Assembly: GCF_004010195.1 (NCBI RefSeq)
Contig: NC_057719.1
Location: 56,841,187 to 56,905,186, forward strand
DNA: 64,000 bases
Direction: 5' to 3'
From: Chiloscyllium plagiosum
Taxonomy: Eukaryota
The notes under the pieces were generated by a model. It was not told where the DNA came from and did no database searches. It saw only the letters and a list, made by a program, of their open reading frames with translations. Positions 23,589-35,862 of this stretch are shown piece by piece (the first letter of the stretch is position 1; every line of letters starts with the position of its first letter). A program made the translations under genes and the position numbers.

Positions 23589-26500
23589 CTATGATATCAA
23601 ATTGAAAATATAAAGAATATATAAAAATATAGTAAGTGTCATCAAACAAAGAGTACTAAAAAGCTGACGAAAAACTTTAGCACACAGATATTTCAAAATA
23701 AATGCCCAATGCAATATTGCCCCATTGCAACAAATCAGTAACTCTCAAAGTTCAAGATTTATTTTCAGAAAAATAAAAGCAATGAACAATTTTAAAATAC
23801 CAGTAACTTGAAAAATAAATTAATATATTTAGATTTCAAATAAGCGTACAATCACTTCTTTTACGTTTAAAAGAAAATTCAGAAAAGTTCCCATAAAATC
23901 AACTCCATTCAAGATTATTTGAATTTGCTTGAAGAAAGCATATTAGAAATAAGATATTATCAAATTGTATCATCTTAAATGATCATACTAAATAAGATTT
24001 AATAAGTTTGTGGTGCGTCATATGCCAAAAAAAGTTCTACACAGGAACAATGCAGATTTTATTTAGAGAATTAAGTCTGATATTTAAAAATCTCACTGGA
24101 CTAAATGAGGTTTGGATGGATAGCACTAGTACATTGTGATGAAGGGTAATAAGAAGTGATGTTAAATTCACCTATTGTCTCTCCAGATGTTGAATTCTCA
24201 GTCTCTGCTGCATTGTCAAAAGGAGTATTAAACTTATATTAGGAAAAGAATAGTGATGATAATATCATTACAAATTATGAGTGGTGGTTAGGTTCTCTTT
24301 TAGAGATAATCACTGTCTGGCATGCATCTCATTTTCCACGTATCAGCCCAAGTCTGTATTTTGTCCAGGTTTTGTTGCCTGTGGACATGGTCTGCTTTCA
24401 TACATAAGAAGTCACAAATGATGATATTCATTGTACAGTCATGAGCAAACATGCTCACTTCTGACCTCATGAAAGAAAAAGATCATCGATGAAGCAACTG
24501 AAGATAGACATGCCTAGGATACTACCACGAGGAACACTTTCATTGCTGTCCTTGGAATGAGATGATTTCCCTTCAATAAGCATAACCATTTTGTTTGTGC
24601 TAGGTATGACTACAAACAAAGTTTAGTTTCCAAACAATTCCAGTTTTACTCAGATTCCTGATGCCATACTCAAACAAATGCTGCCTTGATGTCAAGGGTA
24701 GTCACATTCAGGATTTCAGCTCTTTTGTTCATATTTGGGGCAAGACTGCAATGAAGTCAGAACAATGAGGTTTTGGTACAATCCAAACTGAGCATTGGTG
24801 AGCAGGTTCTTGATGAGTAAGTGCGATAGTCCCTTTTAGGTTTTCAACATTTAACTGGAAGAAACTATGAGTGACCTAACATGGAGTGTCTGACATTACA
24901 GAGGCAGTGAAGAAACACTGGAGAGATAGAGATGGTTGTCATTAGCGATCCATTTAATTATGGCAACATGGCTGAATGCTTGCATTTTTTAAAAACTACA
25001 TTCAGCACTATATTTTTATATGAAAAATCAACCCTTTCTACTCATAAGACAAATGACAGATTTAGAAACAAGAGATTCAAAGATCTGCAATGAAACTGTA
25101 CAGGGAATTCTTTTTGCCACAGATACCATCTTGGTACAGATGAAATCCAATTTAAAATCACACAACACCAGGTTATAGTCCAATTGGTTTATTTGGAGGC
25201 ACTAGATTTCGAAGCTAGTTTTCCAAATAAACCAGTTGGACCAGAACCTGGTCTTGTGTGATGTTTAAACTTGTCCACCACAGTCCAACACCGGCTCCTC
25301 CAAATCATGACCAAATCAAATGGCAGTAAAAAGGTACAGGAAACTTTGATCTACATGATCTTGTGAATAAATTTGAACAAGTGTGCTTTAATTTTAATTG
25401 ATGCACTAGAAACAGCTCAAAGATCTAAATTTTGTTGTCAACAGCAAATGAATGGCACTAGCTATCCATTACACTTGACCATACTTTCTACAGACTTCTG
25501 CACGGGAACTGTCAAGGGTTAAAATTCATTTTCAGCACAGCACCCTCTAAAGAGGTTCATCAAATAAATTTAAAAATACATACTTAGGTATGCAGAGCCT
25601 GAATCCTAGATATAAACTAGAATGGTTAATTTAATGCCAAATTTAACAACTAAATCAGAACAGAAGAAAGGAAAGTCATTGGATTAAGAGGGAATACAAA
25701 TGGAGAAATATGAAAGGCTATTAATTTGAAATGCTATACTGGTTTCTCGCTTTGTACATGCTGTCTGATCTTACTATTTAAAGCATTTTCCATCTTTAAT
25801 GTTATTAAAATTGATTTTTGTCAAAAGTTAACAATGACTAAAATCTTAATGGGTGAGGCTGTACACTTAATGTTCCATGCTGGAGAGGTTCTCTGGCAGA
25901 AATTAAAACCAATCACACTTAAAGATTTACTTACGCTGATGTTTTCCAATCATAGTCATACACAATAGAAACAGGCCCTTCGGCTCACCATGTCTGTGCT
26001 GATGAACAACTATACTAATCCCATTTACCTGCACTTGTTTCACAGCCTTCCATGCCATGGCATTTTAAGTACTTGTTCAGATGCTTCTTAAATGTTGAGT
26101 GAATACCAGCCTCTACCACCATCTGAGGCAGCCTGTTCCTTATTTCTACCATCTTTTGGGTGAAAAAACTTTTCGCCTATGTCATCAGGTTCTTCTGATA
26201 GTATGGTGACCATAACTGTACACAGTATACTATCTGTGGTGCAAACAATGCTCTATAAAGTTGCAACAAGTCTTCCCTGCTCCTATATTCTACACCCCAG
26301 CTAATGAAAGCAAACATCCCGTATGCCTTCTTCACTATCTTATCAATTTAAGCTGACACCCACAGGATTCTATAGACTGATACACCATGGTCCCTTTTAG
26401 CTACATGTTTATCTGACCTATCTTTCTATACTTGTACACAGTTGCATGCGACACTGGAAGCAATCTGGGGATTAGAACATTAGCCCTCATCTACTAAACT

Positions 26501-27024
26501 ACTACTTAACTCTCTAAATTGCTCATTTTTTTTAAACCATGACATGCAGCATGACTGCTGGCAATTCACCCTCCCCCTTCAAAATACCCTGCACCCGCTT
26601 GAGACATCCCTGGCCCAAGCACCACGGACTTTCATTTGCAGCCACAGAACTGCTTGCCAGGTGAAATTAGTGAGAATCTATCGTGCATGACAACTTTGTG
26701 ACTTCGCACATTTTTTGGTGTGAAACCTGAAGCAGAAATTCTGCTTCAAGAGGGCAACTCATATAACAGTTTTCTGAATTTGCATGTTCTGTAGAAATTA
26801 CTGTCATCTCCACATTTTAACAATGATGGGACTGATACTTGTTATTTTAATCAGAGGATTAGAGTCACAAATTTTAATTTGGTGAAGAATGGAGTAGAGT
26901 ATATGTAAACAAAGAAATTAAGACAAAATATTGGATTGTAATTTGTGCTTTGGAGGACCAGGTACAAAAAAAAAAATTGGGAACAATTCAACACATCAAG
27001 CACCATTTGCTTGAGAAATCTTAC

Positions 27025-27150
27025 CTTAACATCATCACATTTTGTTGATAAAATGTCCACAAGAGAAGGCTGTAAAGTAGGGAGGTCGACATATATATTT
27101 GGGAAACAGACTAAAGAGCCCAATAGAATCTGCGCTTCTACTCTTGGAGC
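27025..27150 (-). CDS. RALGAPA1: RALGAPA1 exon 7/13 (APRVEAQILLGSLVCFPNIYVDLPTLQPSLVDILSTKCDDVK)
   Basis: ttacag acceptor and AAG|gtaaga donor; 126 nt, phase 0-0; lies within ORF 26851..27189. Confidence 0.95.
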
Positions 27151-29396
27151 CTGTAATGAAAGAAGAATATATATGGAAATTCCAGGCAAATCAAATTAAA
27201 TCATAATTTAATTCATATTTAATACTGGCTTTACAATTAGAAAATCTAGACCCATTTACTAAAACAATGGTAAATCTATTTTTATTGAAAGACCAATTTT
27301 TTTGTTGTTTGAAAATATTACTTAATGACTAATTAGTATATTCTGGTAGAGTATTACTTTGGCAAATTTGTGGCAATATATAAGATTATTGCCCTTTTCA
27401 TTCATTTAATTGGATATGCAACTGTAGAATGCGTACAATTCTTCCAAAACTTTTGATTCCGCATTTCTTCTTTGTTAGGGCATCTCTACTGGTTCATGCT
27501 GCTGACATATCACCCACATTACTATCGTGCACGATTAGCTATGACAGCAAGGGTAACTGGATCATTTACACTAAAAACAGAAAATGCTAGAGAAACTCAG
27601 CCAACAGAAAGACAGCAAAGAGAAATATTGAAATATTAACTTATACTGGACTTGAAATGTGAACTCAGTTTCACTCTCTACAGATGCTGCCAGTTGCTAC
27701 GTTTCATCAGTTTTTCTGTTTTTACTTCAAATTACAGCATCTTCAGTATTTTGCTTTCATTTAATTGATTGATGACCACAGTCAAGATCATTACAGTCTC
27801 ATATATTCACTATGAATATAAAAACTTTACAAACAAAAAATACAGGAATTGATGGAGAACACATCAACAAGGATTCATCTAAGCAGCCTTAGATGGTAGA
27901 AGAATGCAAATTATGTTATCTTCAGCAGTAACTTTGCTGTGATGAGCTAAATTGGTATAGATCAGATCGTCAGACTATACAGCTAGACAAATACTGCACT
28001 TACCTAATGAACTGCAACCGTAAAATAATCTTCATTATTTAGTATAATAACAGAAGAAAACTAGTTTGATATTTTAATGCTCAGGGAAAATCTCGATATT
28101 ATTCAATGAAAGAAAAATTCAATTTTTAAAAGTACATTGATTGCTCTGTTCATAAATGTTTTAGAAAGAAATCAGTGTCAAAGAACTTGCCACAATCGAA
28201 AATGTCAGCAAGACATTCTTTCAGATCTAAACAAAAGGCAACCGGAAGTCCTATGAAATGTTCAATTTTCAAAGGGAATACTTGATTATTACGGTGTTTA
28301 AAGTTTGAAATTGGAGAAATACCAGTGATTGAAGTACCACATTAGAAGTCTTGAGTATTGCTGAGTTTTCGTTTGACATTCATCAGGACAATTTGCAAAA
28401 CTGCAAGCTGAAAGGGAAAATGAACATTTATACTCCTAATTTGTTCTGCTGACATGTAAGAAATTGGATATTCTGGGGGTTGTATTCTTCTGTCTTGCAG
28501 GCAGGATGTGACAATCTAATCATACTCTGTAAATAGTGTTTTAAGGAATAACCTTATTTCCAGAAACAATGTGAGATTATGTAAATACTTTAGTTTGTTT
28601 TTGGGTGGCATGTGACTATGGGGGAGTGGCAGGGGCTTGTGTCTTGTGTGCATGACTGACTGCGATGTCAAATCTGCTAGAAAGGAGAACTGTTCCCTTG
28701 TTTAGAGAGCTTCTCTTGACACGCTTCGCAAGCATTGCGAGGAATGTTGAGTGATCTTCCAAAGTTTGTACTTGCTTAATAAATTTTGGTTCACATAAGT
28801 TGGCATATTGCATTTGCATCAAGTGCGTAAGAATCTTGAGAAAAAGAACCTAACACTCTATGAGAGGAGAATGCTGATTGATTGGCAACTGGTCACTGAT
28901 TGATAGAGGCACTTCCATAGAATGCACCTATTAATCCTGATTGACAGTTAACTGTTCGGATTTGTTTAAGTTTTAAATCAGGCAGGTTGACTCTGATGGT
29001 CAGGGTAGTGCTCTGAGGAATAAAACTGTGAATGGTTCTCAACTACTTTGTTGACTTGAAACACGTACAGTGAGTGCACACATATTTCCTGTTTGCAAAG
29101 GACGGGGTTCTGCATTCACTTCTAGTACATGCTAGTGCGCCACACACTGTGAGCCCACATAGACAATTAGCCAAACTGAACTAAACCCAGGTCTCTGGCA
29201 CCGTGAGGCAGTTGTGTTAACCACTGAGCCATAGCTCCTAATACTGGACATTGTATTGTGAGCTCTGCAAGCATGGGTTGGCCAGGTAGGGTCAGTACCT
29301 TGTTTGTTGTGAATAGATAAAAGGAATATCCTGTTAGAAATAAACCACCAGTACTACACACCAGGCAACACATTTGCTCTGACATTCAAATATCAT

Positions 29397-29925
29397 ATGG
29401 AATTTAATTTAGATAAATGCGAAGTGCTGCATATTGGAAAGCAAATCTTAGCAGGACTTAAGACATTTAATTGTATGGTCCTGGGGAGTGCTGCTGAACA
29501 AAGAGACCTTGGAGTGCAGGTTCATAGCTCCTTGAAAGTAGAGTCGCAGGTAGATAGGATAGTGAAGGCGGCGTTTGATATGTTTTCCTTTATTGGTCAA
29601 AGTATTGAGGACAGGAGTTGGGAGGTCATATTGCGGCTGTACAGGACATTGGTTAGACCACTTTTGCAATACTGTGTGCAACTCTGGTCTCCTTCTTATC
29701 GGAAGGATGTTGTGAAACTTGAAAGGGTTCAGAAAAGATTTACAAGGATGTTGCCAGGGTTGGAGGATTTGAGTGAGAGGGAGAGGTTGAATAGACTGGG
29801 GCTGTTTTCCTGAGAGCTTTGGAGGCTGAGGGGTGACCTTATAGAGGTTTATAAAATCATGAGGGGCATGGATAGGGAAAATAGACAAGGTCTTTTCTTT
29901 GGGACGGAGGAGTCCAGAATTAGAG
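29397..29925 (+). mobile_element. CR1 LINE RT C-terminal fragment
   Basis: ORF 29397..29813: MEFNLDKCEVLH...QRDLGVQV...LERVQKRFTRML. Confidence 0.9.
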
Positions 29926-31390
29926 GGCCAACCAGATATCCCAACCCAATCTGGTCCCACTTCCCAGCATCCCGCCCATATCACTCCAAACCCTTCCTAT
30001 TCATATACCCATCCAGAAGCCTTTTAAATGTTGCAATTGTACCAGCCTCCACCACTTCGTCTGGCAGCTCATTCCATACACGTCCCACTCTCTACATGAA
30101 AAAGTTGCCTCTTAGGTCTCTTTTACATCTTTCCCCTCTCACCCTAAACCTATGCCCTCTAGTTCCGGACTCCCCTATCTCAGGGAAAAGACTTTGTTTA
30201 TTTATCCTATCCATGCCCCTCAGGACTTTATAAACCTCTCGATGGTCACCCTCAGCCTCTGACGCTCCAGGGAAAACAGCCCCAGCCTATTCAACCTCTC
30301 CCGTTGGCTCAAATGCTCCAACCCTGGCAACATCCTTGTAAATCTTTTCCGAAGACTTTCAAGTTTCACAACATCTTTCCAATATTCCAAAAGTAGCCTA
30401 ATCAACGTCCTGTACAGCCATAACATGACCTCCCAACTCCTGTACTCAATACTGTGAGCAATAAAGGAAAGCACACCAAATGCCTCCTTCACTATCCTAT
30501 TTACGTGCAACTCCTCTTTCAAGGAGCTTATGAACCTGCACTCCAAGGTCTCTTTGTTCAGTAGCACTCCCCAGGATCTTACCATTAAATGGTTCAGCCC
30601 TGCTAAGATCTGCTTTCCCAAAATGCAGCACCTCATGGTGATTTAAATTAAACTCCATCTGCCATTTCTCAGCCCATTGGCCCATCTGATCAAGATCCCG
30701 TTGTAATCTGAGGTAACCTTCTTCGCTGTCCACTACACCTCCAATTTCGGTGTCATCTGCAAACTTACTAACTATACCTCTTATGCTCACATCCAAATCA
30801 TTTATATAAATGATGAAAAGTAGTGGACCCAACACCGATCCTTGTGGCACTCCACTGGTCACAGGCCTCCAGTCTCAAAAACAACCCTTCACCACCACCC
30901 CGTCATATACCTTTGAGCCAGTCCTGTATCCAAATGGCTAGTTCTCCCTGTGTTCCTTGAGATCTAACTTTGCTAACCAGTTTCCCATGGGGAACCTTGT
31001 CGAACGCCTTACTGATGTCCATATAGATCACATCTGCCCTCTGCCCTCATCAATCCCCTTTTGTTACTTCTTCAAAAAACTCAATCAAGTTTGTGAGACA
31101 TGATTTCCCACGCACATAGCCATGCTGACTATCCCTAATCAGTTCTTGCCTTTCCAAATACATGTACACCCTGTCTCTCAGGATTCCCTCCAACAACTTG
31201 CCCACCACCGACATCAGGCTCACTGGTCTACAGTTCCCTGGCTTGTCCTTACCACCTTTCTTAAACAGTGGTACCATGTTAGCTAACCTCCAGTCTTCCG
31301 GCACCTCACCTGTGACTATTGATGATACAAATATCTCAGCAAGAGGCCCAGCATTCACTTCCTTAGCTTCCCACAGAGTTCTGGAGTATC
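29926..31390 (-). mobile_element. 5'-truncated CR1 LINE, tail-to-tail with the preceding copy
   Basis: [30 protein letters not shown] and KFADDT. Confidence 0.9.
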
Positions 31391-32351
31391 TCCTCCATCT
31401 CCCGTGGCTCCTGTATCTGAAATGTGTGCAACAGGAGGAAACTAGCAGTCTCGTGATGCCTATTATGCAGTTGCAATGAGTGGTATTTGCCACTAACAGG
31501 ATGCTGCTATCAAGTTAAAGAAAAATGTCTGCCTATCAAATAATTGCATAATATGGCATACGAATTTCAAAGCTGGTATGATGCCAGGTTTGTATGTCAT
31601 TCATCCCGATGATTCGTGGATCGTATCAAACTGCATTTCCCTTCAGTCATTCAATCAAGTACCAACAAGCAAGGACAAAAACAGAAGTTGCTGCAAAAGC
31701 TCAGCGGGTCTGGCAGCATCTATGAAGTGAAATCAGAGTTAACGTTTCGGGTCCAGTGATACTTCCTCAAAACTTGGACCCGCAATCTTAATTCTGATTT
31801 CTCTTCACAGATGCTGCCAGACCTGTTGAGCTTTTCCAACATCTTGTTTTTGGTTTTGATTTACAGCATCCACAGGTCATTCAGATTTTATCAACAAGAA
31901 AGGTACTGTTTGCATCCAAATAGTTCATGCTAACAATATCTTCAATAGGGTCCAACATTTGATGCGATTCTTCAATTGGACAATATTTGCTGGATAATTA
32001 TGAGTGCGCAAAGAATTATACTGACAACCAACTGTCACTCAGGGTCACGCTGTGATATACATGCTGGTATTGGAACTATATATATTGATTTTGTATTCTG
32101 ATAAAATGTCCTGATGAGTGCAAGACAAAAGCCTCATAAAATGATTCTTTTTACAGCAAATTTCAAGTTCTGTGGTACTGAACATTTCCAAACATTAATA
32201 TTTATTAATTCCAGATGACATGCCCACACATTACCTCTTAATTCCACATATTTTTCCTGTTGACTACAGAAATCACAAAGTAATGTTTACTGAATTTTCA
32301 AAATAAGCTACATTAATTAATCAGAAAATATAGTAATATGTATTGACTTAC

Positions 32352-32480
32352 ATTAAGTGAAGAAGAGAATGTTACTTTACTAGCAGCAACTATAAAATCC
32401 CAAATTAGCATGGTAGCACCAGGCAACCCAATAGAAAAGAACCTTGGAGAACAATGCTTGATGATGGTGTTCACAATATC
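32352..32480 (-). CDS. RALGAPA1: RALGAPA1 exon 6/13 ([43 protein letters not shown])
   Basis: ctttag acceptor and AAT|gtaagt donor; 129 nt, phase 0-0. Confidence 0.95.
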
Positions 32481-33106
32481 CTAAAGTATTTTAAAAAATA
32501 AGATTAAAACAGAAGACAACTAAAATGGACAGTTTCTCATTGTGTACATCAAATAGAACAAGCAATAACGTTGATCTTAAAGTGCAACTGCTGACACTTA
32601 GCACAGTGCTCCAAACAAATCAAATGCAGAAATTATTTGCTAATTACATTAATGCAGCAAATATACTGAAGCAATACCTCAGATGTAAGGTTTATACACA
32701 TTACCAGAAATGATAGACCTGCGAGTTTTGCAACAGTATGCTTATTTTTACCCACCACTCTAAGATTATTCACTTCATTGGTTTTCTTCTTTTCTCTTCT
32801 CAATTATAGCACTTGCTGGAAAAACTACTTGCAAAGCACATGCAAGATTAATTATCTGTTCAAAGTTTTAATTTTTCTTTGCTCTGGTCCAGGTCTAATT
32901 GGCTTATTCCAATTATCTTGAGTGTGGTAGCAAAATACCTCAAACCTACATTGCTTGTAATGGAACAGTCACTAGCCCTGAAAATCTTCAACGAGCAAAA
33001 ACAAAAAATTTACAACAATAGCAACTTTAACCTGAAACTTTAAATTAAATAACAAATTCTGGACATCTGAAAATACACAAATAGACTTTAAACAGGAAAA
33101 GCTAAC

Positions 33107-33262
33107 CTGATCAAGATTTAAGAGTCCACTGTGCATTATATTGTAGAAGTGAACCAGAAAATCAGAATTAGGCGAAACATCTTGACGTCGTTTCATAATT
33201 TTGCAGATAAGCTTGTATGCATGCAGCTTTCCTTGCTTGTATTTTTCTGGTAATGTTGTTGC
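33107..33262 (-). CDS. RALGAPA1: RALGAPA1 exon 5/13 ([52 protein letters not shown])
   Basis: aattag acceptor and CAG|gttagc donor; 156 nt, phase 0-0; overlaps ORF 32972..33196. Confidence 0.95.
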
Positions 33263-33532
33263 CTAATTAAAAAAAAATAAAATTTAGCATCAAATATGGT
33301 GTTCAGAAAAAGTTATTGCTTATTAATTACTGAAAGTTGCAGCTTGAATTAGACTGTTATTTTTCACGTACAAGATTTAATTACACGATCTCTACTGCTC
33401 ATTGATTAAAGGTCTGAAAAGAATTTCAGTCCCGTTTCCAGTTCACAGATATAAGTAAAACAATGTCCAATGACTATAATTACAGGAATGAATAAATCAG
33501 TCCCCATTGTGTCGCAGTAATTAGAAACAGGA

Positions 33533-35862
33533 CTACAGGCTGGTAGGTATAGGGAATGCTGGATGACTAAAGAAATTGAGGGTTTGGTTAAGAAAAAGAA
33601 GGAAGCATATTTAAGGTATTGACAAGATAGATCGAGTGTAAAGTATAAGATTATAAAGGCAATAGGAGTATACTTAAGAGGGAAATCAGGAGGACAAAAA
33701 GGGGACATCAGATAGCTGTGGCAAATAGAATTAAGGAGAATCCAAAGGGTTTTTACAAATACATTAAGGACAAAAGGGTAACGAGGGAGAGAATAGGGCC
33801 CCTCAAAGATCAGCAAGGTGGCCTTTGTGTGGAGCCGCAGAAAATGAGGGAGATACTAAATGAGTATTTCGCATCAGTATTTACTGTGGAAAAGAACATG
33901 GAAGATATAGAATGTGGGGAAATACATGGTGACATCTTGCAAAATGTCCATATTACACAGGAGGAAGTGCTGGATGTCTTGAAACACAAAGGTGTATAAA
34001 TCCCCAGGAACTGATCAGGTGTACCCAAGAACTCTGTGGAAGCCAGAGAAGTGATTGCTGGGCCTCTTGCTGAGATATTTGTATCATTGATAGTCACAGG
34101 TGAGGTGCCGGAAGACTGGAGGTTGGCTAATGTGGTGCCACTGTTTAAGAACAGTAAGGAGGAGTAAGGTGACTATAGACCAATGAGCTTGACATTGGTG
34201 GTGGGCAAGTTGTTGGAGGGAATCCCGAGGGACAGGATGTACATGTATTTGGAAAGGCGAGGACTTATCAGGGATAGTCAACTTGGCTTTGTGCGTGGGA
34301 AATCATGTCTCACAAACTTGATTGAGTTTTTTGAAGTAACAAAGAGGATTGATGAGGGCAGAGCAGTAGATGTAATCTATATGGATTTCAGAAAGGCTTT
34401 CAACAAGGTTCTCCGAAGGGGGACTGGTTAGCAAGGTTAGATCTCACGGAATACAGGGAGAACTAACCATTTGGATACAAAACTGGCTCAGATAGAAGAC
34501 AGAGTGGTGGTGGAGTGTTGTTTTTCAGACTGGAGGCCTGTGACCAATGGAGTGCCGCAAGGATCGGTGCTGGGTCTACTACTTTTTGTCATTTACATAA
34601 ATGATTTGGATGTGAGCATAAGAGGTACAGTTAGTAAGTTTGCAGATGACACCAAAATTGGAGGTGTAGTGGACAGCGAAGAAAGTTACCTCAGATTACA
34701 ACAGGATCTTGACCAGATGGGCCAATGGTCTGAGAAATGGCAGATGGAGTTTAATTCAGATAAGAGATCTATGGGGCAACTCTTTCACACAAAGGGTGGT
34801 ACGTGTATGGAATGAGCTGCCAGAGGAAGTGGTGGAGGCTGGTACAACTGCAACATTTAAGAGCCATTTGGATAGGTATATGAATAGAAAGGGTTTGGGG
34901 AGATATGGGCTGGGTGCTGGCAGGTGGGACTAGATTGGATTGGGATATCTGGTCAGCATGAACGGATTGGACCAAAGGGTCTGTTTCCATGTTGTACTTC
35001 TCTATGACTCTAAATGCAAGTTGCTGCATTTTGGGAAAGCAAAACTTAGCAGGACTTATACACTTAATGGTAAGGTCCTAGGGAGTGTTGCTGAACAAAG
35101 AGACCTAGGAGTGCAGGTTCATAGCTCCTTGAAAGTGGAGTCGCAGGTGGATAGGATAATGAAGAAGGCGTTTAGTATGCTTCCTTTTATTGGTCAGAGT
35201 ATTGAGTACAGGAGTTGGGAGGTCATGTTGCGGCTGTACAGGACGTTGATTAGGCCACTTTTGGAATATCGGAAAGATGTTGTGAAACTTGAAAGGGTTC
35301 AGAAAAGATTTACAAGGATGTTGCCAGTGTTGGAATACTGCATGCAATTCTGGTCTCTTTCCTATCGGGAAGATGTTGTGAAACTTGAAAGGATTCAGAA
35401 AAGATTGACAAGGATGTTGCCAGGGTTGGATGATTTGAGCTATAGGGAGAGGCTGAACAGGCTGGGGCTATTTTCCCTGAAGCGTTGGAGGTTGAAGGGT
35501 GACCTTAGAGAGGTCTACAAAATCATGAAGGGCATGGATACGATGAACAGGCAAAGTCTTTTCCCTGGGGTCAGGGAGTCAAGAACTAGAGGGCTTAGGT
35601 TCAGGGTGAGAGGGGAAAGATAAAGAAGAGACTTAAGGGGCAATGTTTTCATGCAGAGGGTGGTACGTGTATGGAATTAGCTGTCAGAGGAAGTGGTGGA
35701 GGCTGGTACAATTGCAACATTTAAGAGGCATTTGGATGGGTACACGAATGGAAGGGTTTGGAGGAATATGGGCCGGGTGCTGGCAGTTGCGACTATCTGG
35801 TCGGGATGGACGGGTTGGACCAAAGGATCTGTTTCCATGCTGTACATCTCTATGATTCTATG
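33533..35862 (+). mobile_element. Rearranged CR1 LINE with two 3' ends and an internal duplication
   Basis: IKENPKGFYKYI to KFADDTK; jumps to a 3' tail at ~34763-35010, resumes RT at ~35011 and ends in ctatgattctatg. Confidence 0.9.

Noticed and set aside
34940..35623. Longest ORF in the window (227 aa) as a host gene
   Set aside because: It is a CR1 RT C-terminus with an internal duplication, read in from a CR1 3' tail.
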